A stretch of 64,000 nucleotides of DNA from Thermoplasmata archaeon (GCA_041489255.1 JBGPQV010000006.1:1-64000), one strand, 5' to 3'; shown: positions 29,585-38,260, numbered from the stretch's first letter. Notes: generated from the sequence alone by a model not told the origin. Numbers and translations are program-made.

Positions 29585-30631
29585 CTACCTGTGCCGCCTC
29601 AAGGTCTCGACCACCTCGTTCAGCCGTTCCTCGTCCTGGGTCAGACGAGCGAGCCGCACCGCGAGCCTCACGTCCCTCGAGCCGAGGTTCAGGGTCGCCT
29701 TGGCGACCTTGGCCGCGAACTCTTCCTGGACTCCCTCTCTGAGTATCAGGACCTTGGTCGCGACGTCGGCGAACTCCTGCGGGTTGTAGGCCCTCAGGCG
29801 GATCACTCCCTCCTTCCCGCCGAACCTGCTCAGCAGGGCGTCGCCGATCTCCCTGACGTCGTTCCCGGCCGCGAAAACCCACGTGTTCATCGGCACGGGG
29901 TCGTGCGACCGGTGATATTTCGTCTCCACGACCTCCTGGTTCTCCATCAGATGGAGCAGCGCCGCGTAGTCCTTGGAGTTGTCGATCGTCTCGATCTCGT
30001 CGATCAGCAGGAAGCGCGGGCGATACATGAGCAGAAGGTCAGTCAGGCCGGCCTTTGAGGACGTCCCGCCCAGGACGAAGTGGGCGCTTGGCAGGCGCCC
30101 GAGCTCCATGAGGAACAAGGACTTCGCCGAGGCCGGAGGGCCTTCGAGGATGACGTGGACCGGCCGTTGGGACAGGAGCGCGTACTGGAAGATCTTCTTG
30201 ACGTCGTCGTGGCCGATGACCGGGGTGAAGAGCGTTGCCAGGGTGCCCACGAACTGTGTCTCGAAATCATCCGGGACATCCGGGACATACGCCGCATCAG
30301 ATTGCTGGTCCTCGGTCTCCTTGCTCTTGAAGAAGACCCGTGCCTGGGCGCTCTCGAGGATCTGATTGAACAGCGCGGCGCGAGAGATGAAGCACCCGCA
30401 CTTGATGCAGGTCATCCGGTCGGAGCCCCCCACGGTCTCGGGCTTCTCGCCCTGCAATACCCTGTTCAGGCATTGGAGGAGCTCGTCCATGTCGCTCTGT
30501 TTCGCATGGTCCAGCAAAGTCTCGTGGCAGAGGGGGCACGGCTGGCGCCAGAGCCTCTTCCACTCCTCGCTCTCGACGGTCATGTAGGGATACTTCTTTA
30601 CGAGGTCGTCCGTTGGTCTCATATTGTCCAT
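29585..30631 (-). CDS. AAA+ ATPase (MCM/RuvB-like core) with N-terminal Zn-binding segments
   Basis: GPPASAKS Walker A, LLIDEIE Walker B, FAAGN, LLSRF; CPLC and CIKC. Confidence 0.85.
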   Translation of the reverse strand: MDNMRPTDDLVKKYPYMTVESEEWKRLWRQPCPLCHETLLDHAKQSDMDELLQCLNRVLQGEKPETVGGSDRMTCIKCGCFISRAALFNQILESAQARVFFKSKETEDQQSDAAYVPDVPDDFETQFVGTLATLFTPVIGHDDVKKIFQYALLSQRPVHVILEGPPASAKSLFLMELGRLPSAHFVLGGTSSKAGLTDLLLMYRPRFLLIDEIETIDNSKDYAALLHLMENQEVVETKYHRSHDPVPMNTWVFAAGNDVREIGDALLSRFGGKEGVIRLRAYNPQEFADVATKVLILREGVQEEFAAKVAKATLNLGSRDVRLAVRLARLTQDEERLNEVVETLRRHR

Positions 30632-30651
30632 ATTTCACCACCCGAAAAAAG

Positions 30652-30888
30652 TCAGCCCGCCTGTCCGGACTCTCCCGCCCTTTCCTTCTCGACCTTCTGC
30701 CACACGACGTCCCAGGCCTCCTCGCTCTCCGTCAGCTCCGTCAGGATCAGCTCCCCTCCCTCTCTGGTCAGGATGCCCACCTCCAGGCAGGCCCTGATCA
30801 CCTTGGGCATCGCGTCTTCTATCTGCCTCTCGGTCCAGTTCCAGGAGCGCATGAGGCCTACGAGGTCAGCCACGAATTTTCCGTTCAT
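30652..30888 (-). CDS. Small hypothetical (wHTH-like) protein
   Basis: MNGKFV..., 78 aa, between two motif copies. Confidence 0.6.
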   Translation of the reverse strand: MNGKFVADLVGLMRSWNWTERQIEDAMPKVIRACLEVGILTREGGELILTELTESEEAWDVVWQKVEKERAGESGQAG

Positions 30889-30941
30889 CGCCCTCGCCCC
30901 CGCATCAATACATTCACCACCCGAAAAAGCGACCGAGTGCG

Positions 30942-31565
30942 TCAAGCCTCGGTCTCCAACAGTTGGAACAGCGCCGCCAGGTCCTCGTCGGCAATCTCAG
31001 CTGCTATCTCAGATGCTATCGGCTTCTCCAACTCCGGTGCAGGCGGCTCGTCCGGTTCCGACTCTATCCTCGGCGCGAGCAGGAACGTACCCTTGGTGAC
31101 GTCGTCCCACTCGAACTTGATGGGATAGTCGTTGCCCATGTGCACTGTGAGGGTCGAGTCCTTGACGCTCTTGACTATCTTCTCGAAGTAGTCCAGCGGG
31201 AAGAACGAGGCGCACTTGACCCACGGGCGGGAGACGGCTTCGATCTGTCCTATGTTGTCCAGGAACTCCGCGCGGTACTTGTCCAGGTCGCCCTCCGCCG
31301 TGACCACGAGCTTTGGTCTGTCGTCGGCGTCGAACGTTGCCTCGAGCCTTATGTGGTCCGAGATTTCCCCGGCCGCCTTGCAGGCTTCCAGCAGCGACTT
31401 CGCCGGAATCATGAACGTCACAGGCAGGTTCAGGGCAGGTATCTTCGGGTCGCTCATGCCTGCAGTGTCCACGGCGTTCATGGTCCTCATCTCCGTTGCG
31501 AAGGCGGTCTCGAATGCCTCCTTCGGGTCGTTCCTGTAGAGGATGGAGACCTCGTTCTTCGCGGC
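30942..31565 (-). pseudogene. pcn: N-terminally truncated PCNA sliding-clamp homologue (first ATG at 31490)
   Basis: DTAGMSDPKIPALNLP, ISDHI, EGD, SFFPLDYF, MGNDYPIK and LLAPRIES match the C-terminal half of archaeal PCNA. Confidence 0.8.
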
Positions 31566-31567
31566 CC

Positions 31568-31723
31568 TCAGGCCTCGACCATGCGATACCGCGCCCACTC
31601 TTCCAAGCAAGGCGGGCACGTACAGTCCGATCTGCACTCCTCGTGGCACGAGTTGCACGCTCCGCACGAGGAGCAGAGGTCCTCGGACCCGCACTCTGAA
31701 CACATCTCGATGCTACCGCCCAT
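31568..31723 (-). CDS. 51-aa Cys-rich, metallothionein-like microprotein (below the ORF-track cutoff)
   Basis: MGGSIEMCSECGSEDLCSSCGACNSCHEECRSDCTCPPCLEEWARYRMVEA; the ATG directly follows an array motif. Confidence 0.7.
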   Translation of the reverse strand: MGGSIEMCSECGSEDLCSSCGACNSCHEECRSDCTCPPCLEEWARYRMVEA

Positions 31724-31741
31724 TTTACCACCCGAAAAAGC

Positions 31742-31942
31742 TCAGGCAGTGGCAGCCTGCCGCTCTGCCTGGAGCTCCGCGACCATCTCGCCCTCCATCT
31801 CCTTGAGCTTCTTGTAGGTCTCCGCGAGCTCCCGCTCGAGCCGCGGCATATCCTCGACGGCCTCCCTCGCGTCCTTGACCTCGTTCAGGAGTCGGTCGGC
31901 CTTCCTCTTCACGTCCTCGTAGCAGTAACCGTTCCAGTCCAA
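31742..31942 (-). CDS. Small coiled-coil protein
   Basis: TTG start just after the motif; 66 aa, helical. Confidence 0.7.
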   Translation of the reverse strand: MDWNGYCYEDVKRKADRLLNEVKDAREAVEDMPRLERELAETYKKLKEMEGEMVAELQAERQAATA

Positions 31943-31962
31943 ACGACCACCCGAAAAAGCTG

Positions 31963-32178
31963 TCACGGCTCCAGCATGTCCGCGATGTAGTGGACAAGGT
32001 CCGCGACGTCCCTGAGCGGCACGTAGCCCCGCAGGGCAACGGGCTGTCTCTCGCCCTTCTCCTTCCGCGGGAAGTAGACCTTCGTGTTCCGTGTCTGGCG
32101 TGCTGCTTCCCGGATTCCCCTCGAGGCGTCCCGCAACGCCGTCACGAGCACTTGCCATCCGTCCGGTCTCTTGACCAT
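31963..32178 (-). CDS. Small hypothetical protein
   Basis: ATG after the motif, stop before the next motif. Confidence 0.7.
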   Translation of the reverse strand: MVKRPDGWQVLVTALRDASRGIREAARQTRNTKVYFPRKEKGERQPVALRGYVPLRDVADLVHYIADMLEP

Positions 32179-32203
32179 TTCACTACCACCCGAAAAAGCT
32201 GGC

Positions 32204-32662
32204 CTACAGGCCAGTGGAGACCTGCACGAGCACCGCGTTGTACACCTGCAGCATCGTGTCGACGGACGAGAGCACGTCCTGCATCTTCTGCCGTTCCTCC
32301 TTGAACCGCTCCATGTCCGCGCGGAAGGAAGTGAACTTCTCCGGGCTCATCTGGCCGTTGCGCGACAGCTCGACAAGCTGACCGACGTACTCCTGCAGCT
32401 CGTTGAACGGTCCCAGCTCGACGACGGTGAACGCCTTCGGTCCCATTGTCCGCATCCGGTGCTCTGCCTCTCTGGTGTGCTTGCACTCTCTGGGCGCGGC
32501 CTTGCCGTACTCGTCCTTCTCGCCCTTGTGCTCGTGGTTGAACTGCCACGACCTGCACTCGCAGTACCACCGCGAGCCGTCGTACATCACCTTGTAGAAC
32601 TGACCATGCCTGGACTCGCTCTCGATCTTGAAGACCTTGATGGGTTCGACCTTCAATTCCAC
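32204..32662 (-). CDS. SWIM Zn-finger protein with a helical C-terminus
   Basis: YKVMYDGSRWYCECRSWQF...CKH is the SWIM signature. Confidence 0.85.
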   Translation of the reverse strand: MELKVEPIKVFKIESESRHGQFYKVMYDGSRWYCECRSWQFNHEHKGEKDEYGKAAPRECKHTREAEHRMRTMGPKAFTVVELGPFNELQEYVGQLVELSRNGQMSPEKFTSFRADMERFKEERQKMQDVLSSVDTMLQVYNAVLVQVSTGL

Positions 32663-32700
32663 ACCCGAAAAAGGAGGCTAATCGGCCCCGGAAAGACGCA

Positions 32701-32889
32701 TCAGGTCTCATGCGTGAGGCCTTGGAGGCGCGCGGGGAACAGCCCGAACTTCACGCCGACCCGCTCATTCTCGTCGAGTGAGGCGAACATCTCCCGCAAC
32801 CTCCTGAGTCTTGGTTGGCAAAGAGGACACTCGTCGTATCGTCCATCGTGCCACTCGTTGAACTGCCCTTGATGTCCCACTCTGACCAA
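32701..32889 (-). CDS. Small hypothetical protein (CPLC)
   Basis: TTG after the motif; possibly frameshifted at the 3' end. Confidence 0.6.
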   Translation of the reverse strand: MVRVGHQGQFNEWHDGRYDECPLCQPRLRRLREMFASLDENERVGVKFGLFPARLQGLTHET

Positions 32890-32911
32890 TGCACCACCCG
32901 AAAAAGCGGCG

Positions 32912-33721
32912 CTACTTGCGCCATGGCACGCCACGGACGTGCGGCTGCCTCAGTGCACCCGACGCCTCTGACGCCTTCCCCTCGACCGGCAGGTAGCGGA
33001 TGACCAGTCGCTGGATCGACCCCTTTGCTATCCCGTCCATGATCGACCTGTTGTTGACCACGACCTCCTGGTCGTAGCCCTTGTGGTTGATGTGGACCAC
33101 GAAGCCGCCCTTCTCGGTGATCTCGTGTCTGACGATGTCGAACTCCTCCTCGATCCACGCCTTCAGCTTCATCCACGCGTTGTTCCTCGTCGGCTTGTAG
33201 GGCATGTCGAGGTCCTTCACGATGATGCCCTCGGCGAGTTGCTGCCGCATGAATTCGAGATACAGGTCCACCTTGTCCTGAGGGCAGCCCCAGTAGCCGG
33301 ACACGTGTATGTGGCCGTTGAAGGCGGGCGACCCCTGGAGGTTCGCCAGCGCCTGCCGCCTTACAGTCAGCGGCTCTCCTGAGATGTCCTGTCCGTTGAG
33401 TTCCAGGAGGTCGAACGCCACCAGCGTCGCCGGCAGCGTCATCGACCTCAACCTGATCTCCTTCGGGTTGTCCACGTTCCTTTTCTGCAGCATGTGGAAC
33501 TGGCTGAGCCCGTTCTGCATGATGACTATCTCGCCGACCAGGACGAGCGCAGGGTCCACCTGCACCTCGGGGAACTGGTACGTCACGTCCCTGAGCCTCC
33601 TGTTGAAGAGTCGGCCGTTCTCGACGAGCACCATCATGCCGTCGTACTTCGGTTCCGCAATGGCGTTCTTCGGATGCCTCTTCGCGTCGTATTCTTGGCA
33701 CAGCTGAAATCCGTATTTCAC
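32912..33721 (-). CDS. Minimal ATP-dependent DNA ligase
   Basis: EPKYDG (I), LVGEIV (III), AFDLL (IIIa), EGIIVK (IV), WMKLK (V); GTG start after the motif. Confidence 0.92.
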   Translation of the reverse strand: MKYGFQLCQEYDAKRHPKNAIAEPKYDGMMVLVENGRLFNRRLRDVTYQFPEVQVDPALVLVGEIVIMQNGLSQFHMLQKRNVDNPKEIRLRSMTLPATLVAFDLLELNGQDISGEPLTVRRQALANLQGSPAFNGHIHVSGYWGCPQDKVDLYLEFMRQQLAEGIIVKDLDMPYKPTRNNAWMKLKAWIEEEFDIVRHEITEKGGFVVHINHKGYDQEVVVNNRSIMDGIAKGSIQRLVIRYLPVEGKASEASGALRQPHVRGVPWRK

Positions 33722-33723
33722 TA

Positions 33724-33835
33724 CACCACCCGAAAGGTGGTCGTCCCCCGAGGTCTTCGGAAGATCCGGTGCGCATCGGGGGGGAGTCATACCCCTCTAT
33801 GTAGAGAGCTCGCGGGGACCTCACCACCCGAAAAA
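33724..33835 (-). ncRNA. Candidate structured RNA/leader (or MITE-like insert) between Ku and the ligase
   Basis: ~100 nt between two motif copies; GGTGGT-GAG-GTCCCC-G-CGAG pairs with CTCG-GGGGAC-G-ACCACC, enclosing short inner hairpins. Confidence 0.5.
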
Positions 33836-33849
33836 GAGCGTGGAGAGCC

Positions 33850-34593
33850 TCACTGGGTTTCCACTGTCCCCATTGGGATCAATATCGGCTGTCCTATCCC
33901 CGGCAGCATCGTCGACTCTGCGAGCTTCCTCTGGACCAAGTCGAAGAGCGGGTCGGGCTCGCTCGGGAGGACGACGTCGTCGGACTTGATGGACTCCATC
34001 AGGACCTTGGCCTGCGTCTTCACCTTCGGGTCCGCGGCCGCCATCGGCACGTCGTAGGGCAGCGGCTTGAGGTCCGCGACCTCGTAGGCGAGGAGGCACC
34101 CCTGCTCGTCCGCGACGACGACGTAGTGCCGCACCCTGTCCCTCGGCGAGAAGCGGGCCATGATCGCCATGCCCGTCTCCTTCAGCGTCTCGTGGACCGC
34201 CCTGAACGTCGCCCTCGACGTCTCGTTGCTCTTCTCCGGCGGGAGTAGCCTGTACGTCGCGCTCATGCCGTATTTCGACCCGACCCTCGAGAAGTCGACC
34301 GACTTCTCGACCTTGAACGAGTCGACCTTCGGCCTCTCCGCCTTCGCCTGCTCGAGTTCCTCCGGCGAGATGACGATGTACTCGCCGCTCCCGGGTTTGG
34401 GATAGCCCCGCTGCGGGACCTTCACCCACGAGGAGTACGTTTCTCCGCCCTCCTCGCACTTGACGGTCATCTTCGGTGGCTTTCCGTGACACAGGGTCTT
34501 CAGTTCGAACTGGTCGTCCTGCGTCGCAGAGAACACGCTCACGGGGACCTGGACAAAGCCGAAGTCCAATGCCGTATCCTTCATTCTGGACAC
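33850..34593 (-). CDS. ku: Prokaryotic Ku DNA end-binding protein
   Basis: LDFGFVQVPVSVFSAT, RGY...GEY.VI..EEL, Y.LLP and F...HETLKETG..IMARF follow the Ku core pattern. Confidence 0.85.
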   Translation of the reverse strand: MSRMKDTALDFGFVQVPVSVFSATQDDQFELKTLCHGKPPKMTVKCEEGGETYSSWVKVPQRGYPKPGSGEYIVISPEELEQAKAERPKVDSFKVEKSVDFSRVGSKYGMSATYRLLPPEKSNETSRATFRAVHETLKETGMAIMARFSPRDRVRHYVVVADEQGCLLAYEVADLKPLPYDVPMAAADPKVKTQAKVLMESIKSDDVVLPSEPDPLFDLVQRKLAESTMLPGIGQPILIPMGTVETQ

Positions 34594-34617
34594 TCACCAT
34601 CACCCGAAAAAGGCGCT

Positions 34618-34992
34618 TTAAGCTGGCGGAGCCAGCCACTCGCGCACCCTGGTTATAGCGGATTCGAGGTCGCAGCGCACTGCCTCGTCTCCCTGGCGGT
34701 TCTCGAGGTAGTAGCCGCCGTCGACCATCCGTATGATGACGCCCGGCCTGTTGACCTCCCGCCATATCCACTCGTTCCTGATCTTGGCCACCTGCGACGC
34801 GACGTTCTTCGCCAGCGACTCCACGTCTTGGGGCGGAGCCTGCGTGACCATCGGCGGCGCCTCTTGCGGCGGCGTTGCCTGCGGCGCCCCAAACACCGCG
34901 TAGCACCCCTTGCAGACCTTCATCCCGCCCTCGGTCTCGACCAGGTCCTTTCCGCACTTGGGACACTCGTTGTCCGGTATCTTGGGAATCAT
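34618..34992 (-). CDS. Zn-ribbon protein
   Basis: CPKC..CKGC, Pro-rich linker. Confidence 0.75.
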   Translation of the reverse strand: MIPKIPDNECPKCGKDLVETEGGMKVCKGCYAVFGAPQATPPQEAPPMVTQAPPQDVESLAKNVASQVAKIRNEWIWREVNRPGVIIRMVDGGYYLENRQGDEAVRCDLESAITRVREWLAPPA

Positions 34993-35011
34993 TGCACCAC
35001 CCGAAAAAGGG

Positions 35012-35317
35012 TCACTTCCTGACCCGGCGATCGTCTATTACCTCGCTTACAGGATGGTCACCCATATACTGAACCTCGAGGAGATAGGCGACCTGAGGTA
35101 ACCTTTTCGGGTGGTGAGAATGAAAGAAGTCTACTGCCATTACGCTGGGGAGTGGATTCCGATGGGGCGGAGCCGAACACGATGCCCAAAATGCGGTGCG
35201 GTTGTCCACAACGCTCCTCTCGAGTAGCGAAGTGAGGAATTCGTCCCGTTCTGTCTGAGACATATCCTTCATCGCGTTCCGAATGTCGACCAAGACTGTC
35301 TCTACGGCCCTGTGCAT
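35012..35317 (-). pseudogene. Two small genes scrambled by a 150-bp inversion (35075-35224)
   Basis: Re-inverting between the CTCGAG sites gives MHRAV...LLEEIGDLR* and MKEVYCHY...CPKC...PLEVQYMGD...RVRK*, separated by a correctly oriented motif. Confidence 0.75.
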
Positions 35318-35341
35318 TTCACACCACCCGAAAAAGTGAGG

Positions 35342-36832
35342 CTACACCGCCTCGAATATCTTCCCAGCGACGTCGTCGCCCTGCGTGAGCAGGTCGTACA
35401 GATGGTGGACCACGTCCGAGACCTTCTCGAGGCTCACGGCAGTCCCTCCTATGATGACGGAGTGCAGGCGGAACTGTTTCTTCTCCTTGACAGCCTTGAA
35501 CTCCTTCTCGAACTCCTCGGAGAAGTCGCACTCGCCGTCCGTGACCATTATGACGTCCGCCTTCTTGAACTCCTGCTTGTCGATGTCTCTGACGGCCTCA
35601 GACAGCGGCCGCTCGAAGTCCGTCCCGCTGTTGAAGAACGTCTCGGCCACGTCCATCAGGCGCTTCAGCCTCTCGCCCGGGGACATGTTGGGCTCCACGA
35701 CGACCTTCTCGAGCTCGGACCTCGAGCCGAAGTTGATCCACTCGATCGTCCTGCGGTCCCTCAGAGCAATCTCGGCCAGCGACAGGCCCACGGCTTTCGC
35801 CCACATCTCCCTCGTGATGCCTCCGCTGTCCATCCCCATCGAGCCGCTGTTGTCGACGCAGACTATGATGGGGCCGCGGCCGAACATCTCGCGGCCCTCC
35901 AGCTCGTACTGCAGCAGCTCCGACTTGACGTACTTCGCGTAGAAGTACGGCCGGCGCGCCGGAATCGCGAGGTTCGTCAGCTCCGACGATATGACCCTCG
36001 AGATGTTCCGGCCCATCGTTATGTCGGCTATCTCGGACGGCTCCTTGGTCACCCTGGTGTACCGCTTCTGGAACGCGAGGCGCTTGAAGCGGCCCAGTAT
36101 CTTCGCCAGCTCCCGTATCTTCTGGGAGTTCTGTATGTGGCGCATCAGCTGGAGCCGGTCCTTTCCTGGCAGTTTGGTGACCTGGCCGGGCTCCATGCCC
36201 CAGCCGCCGGCGAAGTCGTTGACCATCTCGATGTCGGAGAGCGCCGTGTTGATGGCGCCCCTGAACGCCGCCTTGACTGCGGGGTTCTGGCACGCCTGGT
36301 TGAACGCCTGTTGCGCCTGCTGAACCGCGTTCTGCAGCGCGGGCATCTTCTTGCTGAGTCGCGCTTGCAGCTTCTTGAGCTGCGGCGTCAGCTGGCTGAG
36401 TCCCGACAGGGCTTTCAACTGAGCGGCAGCCTTCTGCAGGTCGACCTGCCGTTTGGCGTACTCGTTGACCGCGTTCCTGTCCTCCTCGGGGAGGTTTTCC
36501 ATGAGTTCCCGCGAGATGACCTCGGTTGCGATCGCCGATGCTTCCCTCTCTCCGCGCGTGACCGTCCTGAGGCGCTGGTACTCCTGGGTTCCCATCGCCT
36601 TCTCGATCAGGTTCCTGTTGAACTCGTAGATGGGATCCACTTCCTCGGACGGACGCAGCATCGGGGCGTATTTCCACACGCTGTCGAAGACGTCCTGGCC
36701 GAGTTCGTGCGCCGTCGCGAGCGTCTTCCTGTTCAGCGTCTCCTGGAGGCGCTCCGATTCGTCGAACATAGACCTCCATGCCGCGACGTCGAACGGGTCG
36801 CACATCACTGTGTACTTGAATAGTTCGTCCAT
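35342..36832 (-). CDS. vWA-domain protein (ViaA/CoxE-like partner of a MoxR ATPase)
   Basis: VDNSGSM, SGTDF and VTDG MIDAS motifs at the C-terminus. Confidence 0.9.
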   Translation of the reverse strand: MDELFKYTVMCDPFDVAAWRSMFDESERLQETLNRKTLATAHELGQDVFDSVWKYAPMLRPSEEVDPIYEFNRNLIEKAMGTQEYQRLRTVTRGEREASAIATEVISRELMENLPEEDRNAVNEYAKRQVDLQKAAAQLKALSGLSQLTPQLKKLQARLSKKMPALQNAVQQAQQAFNQACQNPAVKAAFRGAINTALSDIEMVNDFAGGWGMEPGQVTKLPGKDRLQLMRHIQNSQKIRELAKILGRFKRLAFQKRYTRVTKEPSEIADITMGRNISRVISSELTNLAIPARRPYFYAKYVKSELLQYELEGREMFGRGPIIVCVDNSGSMGMDSGGITREMWAKAVGLSLAEIALRDRRTIEWINFGSRSELEKVVVEPNMSPGERLKRLMDVAETFFNSGTDFERPLSEAVRDIDKQEFKKADVIMVTDGECDFSEEFEKEFKAVKEKKQFRLHSVIIGGTAVSLEKVSDVVHHLYDLLTQGDDVAGKIFEAV

Positions 36833-36854
36833 TCACCACACCCGAAAAACGGGC

Positions 36855-38042
36855 CTACAGGCCCAGCAGCTCCTTCTTCAAACCCAGCTCGTCCTTGACG
36901 ATGCGTTCCTGCATCCCACGTCCAACGGCTATGTAGTGCTGGACAACGGACATGTCCATCGCCGCCTTCTCGCCCTGGGCGTATATGTCCAGCAGGGTCT
37001 TCAGCGCGTCGTTGATCTTGGACAGGGTGAACGTCGCCTCCGACGCCCTGTTCCTCTTCCCGTCTGGCGTGTCCGTCGGCAGCTTCTCGAGGTTCGCCAT
37101 CGCTATCTGTATCGCGTCGTGCTGCTCCTCCGCCTTCTTGAGCAGCGGGTTCGCGACGCTGAGAACCGCGCCCTGGACGAGCGCCTTGTGCTGCGGGTCT
37201 ATCCACAGCATGTGGCACAGGACGCCAAGGTCATCGACCAGCGCCTCGGTCCTGCCCTGGAGCCACGCCTTCGCCTTGACGACCTCCGTGGCCTCGTTGT
37301 AGCGCCTGTCCGAACCCTGGATGCCCTGACCGGTCAGCATCCTGCGTATCTGCGTCATGCCTTCCAGGACCGCGTCCGGCATGTTCACGAGGGAAGCCTC
37401 GACCTGCGCGGCGTGTATCTCGTCCAGCGTCAGCCGGACGGTCAGCCTCTTCGCGAAGTCGTCGAGCTTCTTCGGTCCCTTGAGCATCGCCATGAAGTGG
37501 CTGTCCTCCGACAGGTATCCTACCTTGTACCTCATCAGGAACCTGTCGTAGAACGCCTGGTCGTTCTCGTCGCTCGAGATCTCGTTCGATGCGGCCATCA
37601 GGACCTCGAGAGGGCACTTCTGCGGCGCCCCGTCGTTGTCGAACATCCGCTCGTTCATGATCTTGAGCATGGCGTCCCGTATGCTCTTGTTTCCCTTGAA
37701 TATCTCGTCCGCGAGGCCGATGTGGCACTCCGGCAGCCTGCCCTTGGTCACGCGCCTCCAGGAATCCTCCTGCAGCGCCTTGACCGACGGCGGTCCGAAC
37801 ACGTGGTCCGGCTCCGTGTACTTCGAGAACTGATGCTCCCAGTACACGGCCTGGTCGATCTGGTTCGCAACGAGGCGCATCATCAGGCTCTTGCTGGTTC
37901 CCGCGGGGCCCACGATGAACACGTGTTTCCTCGCCAGGAGGGCCAGCATCAGCCCGTTGACCTCCTCGGTGCGCTCCAGGATTATGCCGTTCATCTCGGT
38001 CTTGAGCTGGATGAACTTATCCCGTAGAGCGGTCATTTTCAC
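36855..38042 (-). CDS. MoxR/RavA-like AAA+ ATPase
   Basis: GPAGTSKS, LADEIFK, MNER.F, AASNE, AFYDRF, SDRR. Confidence 0.92.
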   Translation of the reverse strand: MKMTALRDKFIQLKTEMNGIILERTEEVNGLMLALLARKHVFIVGPAGTSKSLMMRLVANQIDQAVYWEHQFSKYTEPDHVFGPPSVKALQEDSWRRVTKGRLPECHIGLADEIFKGNKSIRDAMLKIMNERMFDNDGAPQKCPLEVLMAASNEISSDENDQAFYDRFLMRYKVGYLSEDSHFMAMLKGPKKLDDFAKRLTVRLTLDEIHAAQVEASLVNMPDAVLEGMTQIRRMLTGQGIQGSDRRYNEATEVVKAKAWLQGRTEALVDDLGVLCHMLWIDPQHKALVQGAVLSVANPLLKKAEEQHDAIQIAMANLEKLPTDTPDGKRNRASEATFTLSKINDALKTLLDIYAQGEKAAMDMSVVQHYIAVGRGMQERIVKDELGLKKELLGL

Positions 38043-38057
38043 CTACCCGAAAAAGAC

Positions 38058-38222
38058 TCAGTCGGAGAGTTCCGCGTTGACCCCGAACACGTCGACAGGA
38101 TTCCCTCCCGCCACGTGCTCTTGCAACGTGTTTTCGAACAGCTCTGTCGCTTTCTCTATCGCGTCGTTGGAGTCTTCGGCCTCTACCTCATAATCTATTG
38201 CAAAGACGACCTTGAACTTCGT
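38058..38222 (-). CDS. Small DpnD/PcfM-like protein, ACG start
   Basis: (M)KFKVVFAIDYEVEAEDSNDAIEKA...; fills the space between two motif copies; no in-frame ATG/GTG at the expected position. Confidence 0.6.
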   Translation of the reverse strand, partial: TKFKVVFAIDYEVEAEDSNDAIEKATELFENTLQEHVAGGNPVDVFGVNAELSD

Positions 38223-38260
38223 GTCCTCACCACCCGAAAAAGAATCCCCCTCTGGGGGAT

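Noticed and set aside
31566-31703. N-terminal extension of the PCNA ORF to 31703 as given in the track
   Set aside because: Not PCNA-like, and the region is better explained by the motif-led Cys-rich ORF in another frame.
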